Shown here: positions 10,813 to 21,236 of the stretch, in pieces
Position numbering within the stretch: the stretch's first letter is position 1
How the letters are laid out: every line of letters starts with the position of its first letter
From: an uncultured delta proteobacterium
GTDB lineage: Bacteria; Desulfobacterota; Binatia; DP-6
Reading direction: 5' to 3'
Length of the DNA: 64,000 nt
NCBI GenBank assembly: GCA_963815115.1
Contig: CAWFFN010000009.1
Coordinates: forward strand, 1,312,001 to 1,376,000
The notes under the pieces: generated by a model
The model's database searches: none
Seen by the model: the letters and a program-made list of their open reading frames with translations, nothing else
Told to the model about the DNA's origin: nothing
Translations under genes and position numbers: made by a program

Positions 10813-12137
10813 TCGCCACCGACCTGATCGTGCGGGCCGGTACGCCAGCGGCACGCCGCCGGCTCGCGCGGCTCGAGGCTCGCGGTGCGGAGGGCGGCGC
10901 GCGCGTCGAGCGCGAGGTGCAGCGCATCCTCCGCGCCGTGCGGGACGGCGGGGATCGGGCGCTCCTCGCCTTCACGCGCCGCTTCGACGGCGTCGTGCTG
11001 CGGCCGGCCACCCTGCGCGTCCCGACCCCCGACCTCGCCGCGGCATACCGCGATCAGCCCGCCACGGTCCGGCGCGATCTCGCACTCGCCGCCCGCCGCA
11101 TCCGCGCGTTCCATCTCCGGCAGCGAGAGCGCTCGTGGTCCTTCCGCGACGCGACCGGCGCGCGCCTCGGACAGATCATCCAGCCGCTCGAACGCGTCGG
11201 TCTGTACGTCCCGGGCGGGCGTGCTGCCTACCCGTCGACGGTGCTCATGACGGCGCTGCCGGCGCGCGTCGCCGGGGTCGCCGAGGTCGTCGCCGTATCG
11301 CCTGCGGGGCCGGGGGGACATCCGCCGATCATCCTCGCGGCGTGCCACGTCGCCGGTGTCGATGCGCTCTACCGCGTCGGCGGCGCGCAGGCCGTGGCGG
11401 CGCTGGCCTACGGCACGGCGACCATCCCGCGGGTCGACAAGATCGTCGGGCCGGGGAACGTCTACGTCGCGACGGCGAAGCGCCTGGTGTACGGGCAGGT
11501 CGACATCGATTCCATCGCGGGGCCGAGCGAGGTGCTGATCCTCGCCGACCGCTCGGCGTCGTCCGACGTCGTCGCAGCCGACATGCTGGCGCAGGCGGAG
11601 CACGACCCGGAGGCGGCCGCGATCTGCGTGACGCCGAACTTCCGGGTGGCCGAGCGTGTGGCCGCGGCGCTCGCCGAGCAGCTCGCGGCGTTGCCTCGGC
11701 GGGCGATCGCGGCGCGCTCGCTGGCGCGCTTCGGCGCGGTCGTGGTGACGGCATCGCTCGCCGAGGCCGTCGCGCTCGCCAACCGCCTGGCGCCGGAGCA
11801 CCTCGAGCTGCTGGTCCGGTCTCCGCGGCGCTGGGTGCCGCGCATTCGCCACGCCGGAGCGGTGTTCGTCGGGCCGCACGCGCCGGAGGCGTTCGGCGAT
11901 TATCTCGCCGGCCCCAATCACGTGCTGCCGACCGGTGGCACGGCGCGCTTCGCCTCCCCGCTCGGGGTGTACGACTTCGTCAAACGCACCAGCCTGATCG
12001 AGGCGGGTCCGCGGACGCTCGCCCGTCTCGGACCGGCGGTCGCAAGGCTGGCGCGGCTCGAGGGGCTCGACGCGCACGCGCGCGCGATCGAGCGGCGACT
12101 CGCGCCGCGGCGCCGCATCGTGGGAGGATCGCGCTGA
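10809..12137 (+). CDS. hisD: Histidinol dehydrogenase
   Basis: [37 protein letters not shown]; GTG start overlaps the murA stop. Confidence 0.96.
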   Translation: MIATDLIVRAGTPAARRRLARLEARGAEGGARVEREVQRILRAVRDGGDRALLAFTRRFDGVVLRPATLRVPTPDLAAAYRDQPATVRRDLALAARRIRAFHLRQRERSWSFRDATGARLGQIIQPLERVGLYVPGGRAAYPSTVLMTALPARVAGVAEVVAVSPAGPGGHPPIILAACHVAGVDALYRVGGAQAVAALAYGTATIPRVDKIVGPGNVYVATAKRLVYGQVDIDSIAGPSEVLILADRSASSDVVAADMLAQAEHDPEAAAICVTPNFRVAERVAAALAEQLAALPRRAIAARSLARFGAVVVTASLAEAVALANRLAPEHLELLVRSPRRWVPRIRHAGAVFVGPHAPEAFGDYLAGPNHVLPTGGTARFASPLGVYDFVKRTSLIEAGPRTLARLGPAVARLARLEGLDAHARAIERRLAPRRRIVGGSR

Positions 12138-12766
12138 TGGCACTCCAGGCTCGCCGCGCCCCGGCGCGGCACAAGGGTCGATCTGCGGTGGTGGCGCGCA
12201 AGACCAAGGAGACCGACATCCGGCTCGATCTCCAGCTCGACGGCAGCGGCCGCTACGCGGTGAAGACGGGGATCCCGTTCCTCGATCACATGCTCGAGCT
12301 GTTCACGAAGCACGGGGTCTTCGACCTCACCGTGCAGGCGCGCGGCGATCTCGAGGTGGACTACCACCACACCGTCGAGGACGTCGGGCTGGTGCTGGGC
12401 CAGGCGGTGCGCGAGGCGCTCGGCGACAAGGCGGGCATCCGGCGCTTCGGCGAGGCCACGGTTCCCCTCGACGAGGCGCTCGTGCAGACCGTGGTGGACC
12501 TCTCCGGGCGGCCGTTTCTCGCCTACGACGTCCGCATCAAGCAGGCGAAGATCGGCAGCTTCGACGTCGAGCTGATCCACGACTTCCTGCTCGCGCTGAC
12601 CAACCAGGCGGGCATGAACCTGCACGTGCGCATGCTGGCGGGGCGGAACCCGCACCACATCGTCGAGGCCGCCTTCAAGGGGCTCGCCCGCGCCCTCGAC
12701 GTGGCGACGCAACGCGACCCGCGCGTGCGCGGCGTGCTCTCCACCAAGGGAACGCTCGACGGATGA
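12137..12766 (+). CDS. hisB: Imidazoleglycerol-phosphate dehydratase
   Basis: [28 protein letters not shown]. Confidence 0.97.
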   Translation: MALQARRAPARHKGRSAVVARKTKETDIRLDLQLDGSGRYAVKTGIPFLDHMLELFTKHGVFDLTVQARGDLEVDYHHTVEDVGLVLGQAVREALGDKAGIRRFGEATVPLDEALVQTVVDLSGRPFLAYDVRIKQAKIGSFDVELIHDFLLALTNQAGMNLHVRMLAGRNPHHIVEAAFKGLARALDVATQRDPRVRGVLSTKGTLDG

Positions 12767-13392
12767 CGCGACCGCTCGCCATCGTCGACTACGGCGTCGG
12801 CAACCTGCGCAGCGCGCAGAAGGCGTTCGAGCGCCTCGGCCAGGCGGCCGAGATCACCAGCGACGCCGACCGCATCGCCGGCGCGCCGGCGGTCGTGCTG
12901 CCGGGGCAGGGCGCCTTCGGCACGTGCATGCAGAACCTCGCCGCGGCCGGCCTGGTCGAGCCCGTACAGGCGGCGGCACGGTCGGGACGGCCGTTTCTCG
13001 GCATCTGCGTCGGGATGCAGATTCTCTTCGACGAGAGCGAGGAGTCGCCCGGCGTGCGCGGGCTCGGCATCTTCGGCGGCCGCGTGGTGCGCTTCCCGCG
13101 CGATCCCGACCGCAAGGTCCCGCACATGGGCTGGAACCGGCTGGATCTGGTTCGGCGCGTGCCGGCGCTGGCGGAGGTGGAGGACGGCGCCTACGTCTAT
13201 TTCGTGCACTCCTACCACCCCGTTCCGGCCGACCCGAGCGTGGTGGCGACCACCACCTCGTACGGTCTCGACTTCGTCTCCAGCGTCGGACGCGACAACG
13301 TCTACGCCGGCGTCTTTCATCCCGAGAAGAGCCAGCGCGTCGGGCTGGCGCTGCTCGCGGGGTTCGTGCGCACGCTCGCGGGGCGGGGATGA
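12763..13392 (+). CDS. hisH: Imidazole glycerol phosphate synthase, glutaminase subunit
   Basis: [19 protein letters not shown]. Confidence 0.96.
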   Translation: MTRPLAIVDYGVGNLRSAQKAFERLGQAAEITSDADRIAGAPAVVLPGQGAFGTCMQNLAAAGLVEPVQAAARSGRPFLGICVGMQILFDESEESPGVRGLGIFGGRVVRFPRDPDRKVPHMGWNRLDLVRRVPALAEVEDGAYVYFVHSYHPVPADPSVVATTTSYGLDFVSSVGRDNVYAGVFHPEKSQRVGLALLAGFVRTLAGRG

Positions 13393-14114
13393 TCGTCTAT
13401 CCCGCCATCGATCTCCGCGGTGGCCGCTGCGTGCGTCTCACCCAGGGCGACTTCGCCCGCGAGACGGTCTACGGCGACGACCCGGTCACGGTCGCGCGGC
13501 GCTGGGCGGCGCTGGGCGCGCGCTGGCTCCACGTCGTCGATCTCGACGGCGCCCGGGCGGGCCGCCCGGTGCAGTCGGCGCTCGTCGCCGCCATCTGCGC
13601 CGCGGTTCGCATCCCCGTGCAGGTGGGTGGTGGCATGCGCGACGCGGCGGCGGTGGAGACGGTGCTGGACGGCGGCGCGGCGCGGGTCGTGCTGGGAACG
13701 GTCGCGGTGCGCGAGCCGGCGCTGTGCGCGCGGCTCTGCCGTACCTGGCCGGGTCGCGTGGCGGTCGGCATCGACGCGCGCGACGGCCTGGTTCGCGTCG
13801 CCGGCTGGCTCGAGGGAGCCGCGGTGCAGGCGACCGTGCTGGCGCGCGAGGCGGCCGGGAACGGAGCGGCGGCGCTCGTCTACACCGACATCGGGCGCGA
13901 CGGCACCCAGCAGGGGCCCGACCTCGCGGGAACGCGCGCCGTGGCGCACGCTGCCGGCATCCCGGTGATCGCGTCGGGCGGCGTCGGCGCGATCGATCAC
14001 GTGCGCGCGGTGGCCGGGCTGGCCGACGACGGCGTCGCCGGCGTGATCGTCGGCCGCGCGCTCTACACCGGAGCGGTCGACCTCCCCGAGGCGCTGGCGA
14101 CCGGGGCCGCCTGA
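13389..14114 (+). CDS. hisA: ProFAR isomerase
   Basis: [28 protein letters not shown]. Confidence 0.96.
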   Translation: MIVYPAIDLRGGRCVRLTQGDFARETVYGDDPVTVARRWAALGARWLHVVDLDGARAGRPVQSALVAAICAAVRIPVQVGGGMRDAAAVETVLDGGAARVVLGTVAVREPALCARLCRTWPGRVAVGIDARDGLVRVAGWLEGAAVQATVLAREAAGNGAAALVYTDIGRDGTQQGPDLAGTRAVAHAAGIPVIASGGVGAIDHVRAVAGLADDGVAGVIVGRALYTGAVDLPEALATGAA

Positions 14115-14899
14115 TGCTGGCGCGGCGGATCATCCCCTGTCTCGACGTGAAGGCGGGGCGCGTGGTGAAGGGCGTCCGCTTCGTCGACCTGGTCGACGCC
14201 GGAGACCCCGTCCAAGTGGCGGCGCGCTACGATGCCGCGGGCGCCGACGAGCTCTGCTTCCTCGACATCACGGCGTCGCACGAGGACCGGCCGATCCTCC
14301 TCGACGTCGTGTCGCGCACGGCCGAGCGCTGCTTCATGCCGCTCACGGTCGGGGGTGGCGTTCGCACCCTCGACGACGTCCGCGCGCTCTTGAACGCCGG
14401 TGCCGACAAGGTGTCGATCAACACGGCGGCCGTGTCCGACCCCGAGTTCGTGCGCGCGGCGTCCGGGCGCTACGGCGCGCAGTGCGTGGTCGTCGCGGTC
14501 GACGCACGACGGCGGGCGGCCGACGATCCGGGACGCGGATGGGAGGTCTTCACCCACGGCGGGCGGCGGCCGACGGGCCTCGATGCCCTCGAGTGGGTCG
14601 CTCGCATGCAGGCCGCCGGTGCCGGGGAGATCCTCCTGACCAGCATGGACCGTGACGGGACCAGGGAGGGCTACGACCTCGAGCTGACGCGCGCGGTGGC
14701 CGATCGCGTCGACATCCCCGTGATCGCGTCCGGCGGCGCCGGAACGCTGCAGCACCTGGTGGACGGCCTCACCACGGGCGGCGCGAGCGCTGCGCTGGTG
14801 GCATCGATCTTCCACGACGGGACCCACACCGTCGCGGAGGCCAAGGCCTATCTGGCAGGCCACGGCGTGCCGGTGCGGCGGGAGCAGGGCGTCGGCTGA
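14114..14899 (+). CDS. hisF: Imidazole glycerol phosphate synthase, cyclase subunit
   Basis: [22 protein letters not shown]. Confidence 0.97.
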   Translation: MLARRIIPCLDVKAGRVVKGVRFVDLVDAGDPVQVAARYDAAGADELCFLDITASHEDRPILLDVVSRTAERCFMPLTVGGGVRTLDDVRALLNAGADKVSINTAAVSDPEFVRAASGRYGAQCVVVAVDARRRAADDPGRGWEVFTHGGRRPTGLDALEWVARMQAAGAGEILLTSMDRDGTREGYDLELTRAVADRVDIPVIASGGAGTLQHLVDGLTTGGASAALVASIFHDGTHTVAEAKAYLAGHGVPVRREQGVG

Positions 14900-15582
14900 T
14901 GGGCGGCTGGCTCGGCGACACGCTGGCGATGTACGGGCGGGTCTTCCGGCGCGCCGCGGAGCTGCTGCGACGCAACTGGCAGGTCGCGCTCCTCGCCGCC
15001 GCGTACGTGCTGGCGCTCGGGATGCTGGGCGGCGTCCTGGTGCCGTTCGGGCTGGTCGGGGGCATCATCTGGACGACCGCGCGGGCCGCTGCCTGCGGCT
15101 CGTGGCTGGTCTTCGTGGAGCAGGTGGTGCGCAGCGGGCGCGCCAATCTGCGTGATCTGCCGTCGAGCTTCGGCACCTACTTCGGCGACATGCTGAACAT
15201 CTTCTTCCTGCTCTTCCTCGGGCAGTTCGCGCTCCTCCAGTTCCCCTTTCTGTTCATCCTCTTCCTGCTCGCCGCGCTCGTCTTCCTGAACGCCGTGCCC
15301 GAGATCGTCTACCTGGGCCGCTCCTCGACCATGGAGCTGCTCGCGGAGAGCTACCGGTTCATCGGCTCGAACTGGATCGAATGGTTCCCGCCCAACCTCG
15401 CCCTGATCGTCGTGCTCGCGGCCGTCCATGCCCTGCTGCCGCCTTCGCCCTTCGGAGTCGTGCGCGCGGTCGGCATCGGGGTCGTGCTGGCGTATCTGTT
15501 CTTCATGCGCGGGCTGCTCTTCCTCGAGCTGACCACCTCGAGCCGGCGCACGCGCGAGTTCCGGCGTCGAGCGGCCGGGTGA
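14899..15582 (+). CDS. Hypothetical integral membrane protein (about 5-6 TM)
   Basis: Several hydrophobic segments; start overlaps the hisF stop (TGATG); NWIEWFPPN motif. Confidence 0.75.
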   Translation: MGGWLGDTLAMYGRVFRRAAELLRRNWQVALLAAAYVLALGMLGGVLVPFGLVGGIIWTTARAAACGSWLVFVEQVVRSGRANLRDLPSSFGTYFGDMLNIFFLLFLGQFALLQFPFLFILFLLAALVFLNAVPEIVYLGRSSTMELLAESYRFIGSNWIEWFPPNLALIVVLAAVHALLPPSPFGVVRAVGIGVVLAYLFFMRGLLFLELTTSSRRTREFRRRAAG

Positions 15583-15604
15583 CGGGAACGGAGGCGAACT
15601 CCTC

Positions 15605-16354
15605 ATGGCAGACACGGTCCGCGTCATCGGCAACTATCTCTCCCCCTACGTCCGTAAGGTGCTCGTCGTGCTCGACCTGAAGGGCGTGCCGTACGAGATC
15701 GATCCCATCATTCCCTTCATGGGTGACGATCGGTTCTCCGCCCTGAGCCCGCTGCGGCGCATCCCCGTGCTGATCGACGACCAGGTGACGCTGAGCGATT
15801 CCTCGGTGATCTGCGAGTACCTCGAGGACCGCCATCCGACGCCGCGCCTCTATCCCGCCGAGGTGGTGGCTCGGGCGCGCGCGCGCTGGCTGGAGGAGTT
15901 TGCCGACACCCGGATGGGCGAGGTCATCATCTGGCGCCTCTTCAACGAGGTCGCCGTCAAGCCCTTCGTGTGGGGCGAGCCGACCGACCGGGAGATGCTC
16001 GCGCGGACGCTCGAGCAGGACGTGCCCGACGTCCTGGGCTACCTCGAGGGGCTGCTGCCCGCCGACGGCTTCGCGTTCGGCGACCTGTCCGTCGCGGACG
16101 TCGCGATCGCCTGCTTCTTCCGCAACGCCGCTTTCGCACGTTTCCGGGTCGATGCCGCGCGCTGGCCGATCACCGCGGCCTTCGTCGAGCGGGTGCTCGG
16201 CATCCCCGCGTTCCAGCGCCTCGTGCCGTTCGAGGACCGGACGCTCCGGACGCCCATCGCCGAGCATCGCGAGGCGCTCGCCCGGATGGGGGCGCCGATC
16301 ATGGCGGAGACGTACGGGACCGCGTCGCCGCGCCGCGGGATCATGCGGATCTGA
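15605..16354 (+). CDS. Glutathione S-transferase family protein
   Basis: SPYVRKV, SPLRRIPVL, DSSVICEYLE, LSVADVAI. Confidence 0.9.
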   Translation: MADTVRVIGNYLSPYVRKVLVVLDLKGVPYEIDPIIPFMGDDRFSALSPLRRIPVLIDDQVTLSDSSVICEYLEDRHPTPRLYPAEVVARARARWLEEFADTRMGEVIIWRLFNEVAVKPFVWGEPTDREMLARTLEQDVPDVLGYLEGLLPADGFAFGDLSVADVAIACFFRNAAFARFRVDAARWPITAAFVERVLGIPAFQRLVPFEDRTLRTPIAEHREALARMGAPIMAETYGTASPRRGIMRI

Positions 16355-16369
16355 GCGGGTGCGTCTCGC

Positions 16370-17323
16370 TCAGCCGTGCTGGGCTTCGAGCCAGCGCTCC
16401 GCGTCGATCGCGGCCATGCAGCCCGAGCCCGCGGCCGTGACCGCCTGCCGGTAGGTCGGATCCTGGGCGTCGCCGCACGCGAACACGCCCGGCACGCTGG
16501 TGTAGGTGGTGCGCGGCTCGGTCACGATGTAGCCGCGCTCGTCCATCCGGATCTGCCCGGCGAAGAGGCTCGTATTCGGCTCGTGGCCGATGGCGATGAA
16601 GAGTCCCTCGAGCGGCATCTCGCGGCATGCCTTGGTCTTGGTGTCCTCGAGCACGACGGCCGTGATGCCGCCGTCCTTGGGATCGCCCAGCACGTCCACC
16701 GGGACCACGTTCCACACGAACTCGACCTTCGGGTTCTTCCGGGCGCGATCCTGCATGATCTTCGAGGCGCGCAGCTCGTCGCGCCGATGGAGCACGGACA
16801 CCTTGGCGGCGAACTTGGTGAGGAAGATCGCCTCCTCCATGGCGGTGTCGCCGCCGCCCACCACCGCCACGTTCTTGCCCTTGAAGAAGAAGCCGTCGCA
16901 GGTGGCGCATGCCGACACGCCGTATCCCATGAGCCGCTGCTCGCCCGGGAGGCCGAGCAGCTTGGCGCTGGCGCCGGTGGCGATCACCAGGCTGTCGCAC
17001 AGGTGCTCCTCGCCGGAAAGCGTCACCCCGAACGGCCGCCGGGAGAGATCGACGGCGGTGACGTCGCCGTAGAAGAACTCGGTGCCGAAGCGCGCCGCCT
17101 GCTTCTTGAAGATCTCCATCATCTCCGGCCCGAGCACGCCCTCGGCGAAGCCCGGATAGTTCTCGACGTCGGTCGTGATGGTGAGCTGGCCACCCGGCTG
17201 CGAGCCCTCGACGACCGCCGGCGCCAGGTTGGCGCGCGCTGCATAGATGGCGGCGGTGAGCCCGGCGGGGCCGGAGCCGAGGATCAGTACGCGGTGGCGA
17301 TTGGCGCCCGTGGCGGCAGTCAT
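16370..17323 (-). CDS. trxB: Thioredoxin-disulfide reductase
   Basis: [35 protein letters not shown]. Confidence 0.97.
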   Translation of the reverse strand: MTAATGANRHRVLILGSGPAGLTAAIYAARANLAPAVVEGSQPGGQLTITTDVENYPGFAEGVLGPEMMEIFKKQAARFGTEFFYGDVTAVDLSRRPFGVTLSGEEHLCDSLVIATGASAKLLGLPGEQRLMGYGVSACATCDGFFFKGKNVAVVGGGDTAMEEAIFLTKFAAKVSVLHRRDELRASKIMQDRARKNPKVEFVWNVVPVDVLGDPKDGGITAVVLEDTKTKACREMPLEGLFIAIGHEPNTSLFAGQIRMDERGYIVTEPRTTYTSVPGVFACGDAQDPTYRQAVTAAGSGCMAAIDAERWLEAQHG

Positions 17324-17408
17324 CGTCCGCGCACTGTAAGGCTGCGCCCGCGGCACGGCAACCCTCGGCGGCTTGAGCGGGGCGCGCGGTTGGGATAGCC
17401 GGCGCCTC

Positions 17409-17903
17409 GTGGCGCGCGCTCGACGTCTCTCCCACCTCGACCGTCGCGGGCGGGCTCGCATGGTCGACGTGTCGGCGAAGCGGGTGACGGCGCGCGAAGC
17501 GGTCGCCCGGGGCGAGGTCGTCATGCGTCCCGAGACGCTCGCCGCGATCGCCGCGGGTGAGCTGCCCAAGGGCGATGTCCTCGCCGTCGCGCGGCTTGCG
17601 GGCATCATGGCGGCGAAGCGCACCGCGGACCTGATCCCGCTCTGCCATCCGCTCCCCCTGTCGCACGTCGACGTCGAGCTGACGCCCGACCCTGGCGCCG
17701 CCCGCGTCCGGATCGAGGGCCGCGTGCGGGTCGAGGCGCGCACCGGCGTCGAGATGGAGGCGCTCACGGCGGTGGCGGTGGCGGGTCTCACCCTCTACGA
17801 CATGTGCAAGGCGATCGATCGTGACATGAGCATCGGCGCCGTCCGCCTGGTCGCGAAGCGGGGCGGCCGCAGCGGCGAGTATCGCCGCGCGGGCGAGCGC
17901 TAG
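17409..17903 (+). CDS. moaC: Cyclic pyranopterin monophosphate synthase
   Basis: [32 protein letters not shown]; start uncertain (17373 or 17409). Confidence 0.95.
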   Translation: MARARRLSHLDRRGRARMVDVSAKRVTAREAVARGEVVMRPETLAAIAAGELPKGDVLAVARLAGIMAAKRTADLIPLCHPLPLSHVDVELTPDPGAARVRIEGRVRVEARTGVEMEALTAVAVAGLTLYDMCKAIDRDMSIGAVRLVAKRGGRSGEYRRAGER

Positions 17904-17925
17904 CGCTCCGGCGCCGGGAACGCTG

Positions 17926-19095
17926 GTGCGCGCGCTCACCCTCAAGCCCGGACGCGAGATGCCCGTCCGCGCGGGACATCCGTGGATCTTCTCGCGCGCC
18001 GTCGCCGTCGGCCTCGACGGCGCGGAGCCGGGCGAGCCGGTCCGCGTCCTCGCCGCAGACGGCGGGTTCGTCGCCGCCGGCTATTGCAACCCGCGCACCG
18101 CGATCGCGGTCCGCGTGCTCACGCTCGAGGACGAGCCGGTCGATGGCGCGCTCGTGGCGCGCCGTCTCGACGAGGCGCTGGCGCTGCGCCACGCGACGCT
18201 GCCCGAGGGCCTCACCGGCTACCGGATCGTCAACGGCGAGGGCGATCGGCTCCCCGGAGTGGTCGTCGATCGCTACGGCGATTTCCTGGTCTGCCAGCTC
18301 TTCACGGCAGGCGCCGTCCGGCTCGCCGGCGCGGTCGTCGACGCCCTCCAGGCGCGACTCGCGCCGCGGGGCGTCTACGAGCGCAGCGAGGGTGGCGTGC
18401 GCGCCGAGGAGGGACTCGGCGGCGCTCGCGGCGTGCTCGCGGGCGAGGAGCCGCCGGCACGGATCACGATCGTGGAGAACGGCATGCGCCTCGTGGCCGA
18501 CGTGCTGCACGGGCAGAAGACCGGGCTCTTTCTCGACCAGCGCGACAACCGCGCCCGCGTCCGCGGGCTGGCGAGCGGCCGGCGCGTCCTCAACGCCTTC
18601 GCCTACAGCGGCGGCTTCGCGATCGCCGCCGCGCTGGGTGGCGCCCGGCACGTCGTCTCCGTCGACACCTCACGCCTGGCGCTCGGGCTGGGGGAGGCGG
18701 CGTGGCCCGACAACGGCCTCGATCCGGCGCTCGCGGAATGGATCGAGGGCGACGTGTTCGAGTACCTGCGCGCCGTGCGCGAGCGCTTCGACCTGATCGT
18801 GCTCGATCCGCCGCCGTTCGTGCGCCGCCGCCGCGACCTGTCATCCGGGCTGCGCGGCTACAAGGACGTCAACCTGCAGGCGCTGCGCCGGCTCGCGCCG
18901 GGGGGATGGCTGCTCACCTGCTCCTGCTCGCAGCACCTCGACCGCACCGCCTTCCGGCAGGTGGTGGCGGCAGCGGCAGCCGACGCGGGCCGCTCCGCGC
19001 AGGTGGTCGCGGAGCTCGGCCATCCCGCCGACCATCCCACCGCGCTCGGCCACGCCGAGGGCGAGTACCTGAAGGCGCTGCTGCTGCGCGCGTGA
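17926..19095 (+). CDS. rlmI: Class I SAM-dependent rRNA m5C methyltransferase (RlmI-like, PUA domain)
   Basis: GHPWIF, EGDRLPG, GQKTGLFLDQRDNR, DPP, CSCS. Confidence 0.88.
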   Translation: MRALTLKPGREMPVRAGHPWIFSRAVAVGLDGAEPGEPVRVLAADGGFVAAGYCNPRTAIAVRVLTLEDEPVDGALVARRLDEALALRHATLPEGLTGYRIVNGEGDRLPGVVVDRYGDFLVCQLFTAGAVRLAGAVVDALQARLAPRGVYERSEGGVRAEEGLGGARGVLAGEEPPARITIVENGMRLVADVLHGQKTGLFLDQRDNRARVRGLASGRRVLNAFAYSGGFAIAAALGGARHVVSVDTSRLALGLGEAAWPDNGLDPALAEWIEGDVFEYLRAVRERFDLIVLDPPPFVRRRRDLSSGLRGYKDVNLQALRRLAPGGWLLTCSCSQHLDRTAFRQVVAAAAADAGRSAQVVAELGHPADHPTALGHAEGEYLKALLLRA

Positions 19096-19185
19096 CGCCG
19101 GACGGCTCCGTCGCGACCCCTGTGGCCCCGGCACCGTCCACGGCCAGCGATTCCGCCGTCTCCCGGGGTTCCGTATCGGAGACCG

Positions 19186-19863
19186 GTGCACTCGAGCATC
19201 GAGCAGACGCGGCCGGCGGGTGTCCGACGGCACCTGCTCGCCGCCGGCGCCGCCGCGTGCGGTGACGTCGAGCTGCTCGGCGTTTTGCTCGACGGCGGAG
19301 CCGGGAGTCCGTCGACGCACGCGGTCGCCGAGGAGCTGCTGCGTGCGAGCGGCGGCATCGTGCGGCTCGGGCGCGACGCGGCGCAGTTCGCGGCGCTCCT
19401 CGGACCGCGCTGGCGCCGCCGCCTGGCGCTGGTGCGCGCAGGGCTCGAGCTGGGTCGGCGCGCGGCGGCGACGCCGCTGGTTCTCGGCGAGGCGCTGCGC
19501 GACGCCGGCGCGGTGTACGGTCACCTCGGCGGCCGCCTGGCGCAGCTCGAGCGCGAGGTGTTTCTCGTGCTGCTGCTCGATGGCCGCAACCGCCTGCTCG
19601 GCGAGCTTCGCATCTCCGAGGGCACGCTCACGGCGGCCCTCGTGCACCCGCGGGAGGTCTTCGCGCCGGCGATCCGGCTCACCGCCGCGGCCATCGTCCT
19701 GGTCCACAACCACCCGAGCGGCGATCCGACGCCGTCGCCGGAGGATGCCGCGCTGACCGACCGCCTGCGACGCGCCGGCGAGCTGATCGGCATCAAGATT
19801 CTCGATCACGTCGTCGTCGGCCAGGGACGATTCGTCAGCATGGCCGAGGCGGGGCGCTGGTGA
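19186..19863 (+). CDS. radC: RadC/JAB domain protein
   Basis: VHPREVF, HNHPSGDPTPSPED, LDHVVVG. Confidence 0.92.
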   Translation: MHSSIEQTRPAGVRRHLLAAGAAACGDVELLGVLLDGGAGSPSTHAVAEELLRASGGIVRLGRDAAQFAALLGPRWRRRLALVRAGLELGRRAAATPLVLGEALRDAGAVYGHLGGRLAQLEREVFLVLLLDGRNRLLGELRISEGTLTAALVHPREVFAPAIRLTAAAIVLVHNHPSGDPTPSPEDAALTDRLRRAGELIGIKILDHVVVGQGRFVSMAEAGRW

Positions 19864-19872
19864 GGCGGTGGC

Positions 19873-20289
19873 TCAGAACGGGATGTCGTCGTCCTCGGGC
19901 ACGGGGGCCGGCGGCACGTCCTCGGCGCCGCTCCCGGACGCGCCGCCCCGCGGGCCTTCGCCGCGGCCGCCGAGGAACTGCACGCGCTGGGCGATCACCT
20001 CGGTGATGTAGCGCTTGTTGCCGTCCTTGTCGTCGTACTGCCGCGTACGGATGGAGCCCTCGATGTACACCTGACGGCCCTTGGCGAGATACTGGCCGCA
20101 GGTCTCTCCCTGCTTCCCCCACACGACCACGTTGTGCCACTCGGTGCGCTCCTGGCGCTGCCCCTCGCGATCGTTCCAGACCTCGCTGGTCGCGACCGGG
20201 AAGCGCGCCACGGCCTGGCCGCCGCCGGTGAACCGCACCTCCGGATCCTTGCCGAGATTGCCGATCAGCAGCACCTTGTTCACCGACAT
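19873..20289 (-). CDS. ssb: Single-stranded DNA-binding protein
   Basis: [22 protein letters not shown]-terminal DDDIPF. Confidence 0.98.
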   Translation of the reverse strand: MSVNKVLLIGNLGKDPEVRFTGGGQAVARFPVATSEVWNDREGQRQERTEWHNVVVWGKQGETCGQYLAKGRQVYIEGSIRTRQYDDKDGNKRYITEVIAQRVQFLGGRGEGPRGGASGSGAEDVPPAPVPEDDDIPF

Positions 20290-20310
20290 CGCCACGCCCT
20301 CCGTGGCCGG

Positions 20311-20339
20311 ACGATAGACGCAGGTTCCCGGACCGTCAA
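20311..20339 (-). promoter_or_regulatory. Putative sigma70 promoter of ssb
   Basis: Minus strand TTGACG-N17-TATCGT. Confidence 0.6.
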
Positions 20340-20409
20340 TGCGATGGCGCCGAATCGTTGGGTCGAGGTGCTCTGCAACCAGGCGTGCGGGCAGGCGAGA
20401 GACCGTGCG

Positions 20410-20439
20410 TTGACTTCGCGCGCCGGCGCCCGCTATCGT
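20410..20439 (+). promoter_or_regulatory. Putative sigma70 promoter of the plsC-rnj-ftsK operon
   Basis: TTGACT-N18-TATCGT. Confidence 0.5.
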
Positions 20440-20495
20440 CGGCGCTGGACGACTTGAAACAGTGGGGGCTTGCATCGGCGGTTGGTGAGGGTCCA

Positions 20496-21236
20496 GTGGT
20501 TGTTGTCTCGGTCCTCAAGCTGCTCGGCATCGCGCTGAACACGGCGCTCCTCGCGCCCCTGTGCGTCGGTCTGGGGATGATCGACGGACGCTGGGCCTAC
20601 CGGGTGGCGCAGCTCTGGGTGCGGATCAACCTCCTGCTCACCGGCGTTCGCATCCGCACCCGGCGGGAGGCGCCGCTCGACCGGCACGCTCCGTTCGTCT
20701 TCATGGCAAATCACCAGAGTCATTTCGACGTCCTCGCGGTGGTCGCGGCCCTGCCCGAGTTCCAGCTGCGCTGGGTCGCCAAGAAGGAGCTCACGCGCAT
20801 TCCCGTCTTCGGCTGGGCGCTGCGCCACTCGGACCACATCATCATCGACCGCAGCGACCACGCGCAGGCCATGGCCAGCGTGCGCGCCGCCAGCGAGAGG
20901 ATGCGCCGGGGGCTCTGCGTCATCATCTTCCCCGAGGGCACGCGCGGCCCGGGCGGCGGCACGCTGCTCCCGCTGAAGAAGGGTGGCTTCGTGCTCGCCA
21001 CGGAGGCGGGCGTCCCGGTGGTGCCCATCGCCGTCCGGGGCAGTGCGGCGGTGCTGGGACCGCACGCGTGGCAGATTCACGGTGGCGAGATCGACGTCCT
21101 GGTCGGTACGCCGATCCCGGTCGCGAGGCTCGCGCGCGACCAGGTCATGCGGCAGGTCCGCGAGCGGCTGGAGGCCATGGTGTCGACCGAGCACGTGCGG
21201 GCCCCCGTGCGGGTGCGGCTGGCGGAGGCGCGATGA
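20496..21236 (+). CDS. plsC: 1-acyl-sn-glycerol-3-phosphate acyltransferase
   Basis: NHQSHFD (intact HX4D), AKKEL, IDRS, FPEGTR; start approximate. Confidence 0.9.
   Translation: MVVVSVLKLLGIALNTALLAPLCVGLGMIDGRWAYRVAQLWVRINLLLTGVRIRTRREAPLDRHAPFVFMANHQSHFDVLAVVAALPEFQLRWVAKKELTRIPVFGWALRHSDHIIIDRSDHAQAMASVRAASERMRRGLCVIIFPEGTRGPGGGTLLPLKKGGFVLATEAGVPVVPIAVRGSAAVLGPHAWQIHGGEIDVLVGTPIPVARLARDQVMRQVRERLEAMVSTEHVRAPVRVRLAEAR

Noticed and set aside
8593-12137. N-terminally extended MurA and HisD ORFs (likewise PurA, Rnj and FtsK)
   Set aside because: The extensions are open alternative frames of upstream genes; true starts overlap or closely follow the upstream stops.
19186-19863. radC as a marker of a mobile element
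   Set aside because: Full-length housekeeping-type RadC among core genes, with no integrase, att site or tRNA nearby.
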